Of a DNA stretch of 64,000 bases, positions 63,650-64,000 are shown piece by piece (within the stretch, counting starts at the first letter, position 1; each line of letters opens with the position of its first letter). The stretch lies in NCBI RefSeq assembly GCF_009914755.1, contig NC_060943.1, one strand, 5' to 3'. Below the pieces are notes generated by a model. The model was not told where the DNA came from, did no database searches, and saw only the letters and a list, made by a program, of their open reading frames with translations. The DNA comes from the human T2T-CHM13v2.0 reference genome, Homo sapiens. The translations under genes and the position numbers were made by a program.

Positions 63650-64000
63650 AGCAAATGTGGTACATGTTTTATTCTGCTAGAATCAGTATTACTGTCACAT
63701 TTTACAATGTATCTCTTAGGAAATGGCGAGAGCCATCCACAGAATGTGCATTTAAAGGGGACTCTATTATAATTTCAGCTTTCCTACCTCTTCATAGAAA
63801 CCATCTTATCTGCAAACACACGGGCAATATCTCTGTGTTCATTTCTATTGGGAGTCCTGTATGCAAGGTGGAGAGAGCCACATTTCCCCCTGAGATGTTA
63901 TGTAAAAGTTTGGGTTGAGATGACATATCTGACACTCTATTGTTACCCTCAGAAGCTACTACATGTGAAATTCTAATGACTGCATTATCCTGCCAAGTGA
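63650..64000 (-). other. PSG8: 3' end of the 3' UTR of the next PSG paralogue (probably PSG8), AATAAA at 63668-63673
   Basis: Minus strand ends ...TCTAGCAGAATAAAACATGTACCACATTTGCT, the type of mRNA end I recall for PSG1/4/8. Paralogue identity is inferred from the known gene order PSG3-PSG8. Confidence 0.6.

Overview
Primate (human-like) genomic DNA from the CEACAM/PSG cluster. The only protein-coding host gene is a complete minus-strand pregnancy-specific glycoprotein gene, identified as PSG3 (exons L, N, A1, A2, B2, C; 1287-nt CDS, 428 aa). It also carries a skipped B1 pseudo-exon and a non-coding last exon lying in ERV sequence. The last ~350 bp look like the 3' UTR and poly(A) site of the next PSG paralogue, probably PSG8. 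The rest is mostly transposon-derived: two full-length L1PA elements in inverted orientation flanking the gene, older L1s, about 15 Alus, and several ERVs (HML-5/LTR22, HML-7/MER11D, LTR13, LTR8-family, MER50, MER65/MER4-group). I see no wholly new gene system. The most unusual signals are: (i) the two inverted L1s come from different 5'UTR lineages yet share many private substitutions, suggesting gene conversion and a possible inversion substrate around PSG3; (ii) a ~28-kb deletion-type junction that appears to have built the PSG8-type 3' UTR from two blocks still separate beside PSG3; (iii) a fully open B1 exon silenced by one acceptor base; (iv) a fossil CEACAM transmembrane exon and a set of dead or latent C-terminal exons; (v) an in-frame upstream AUG. 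Repeat family names come from recalled consensus sequences, not a database search.
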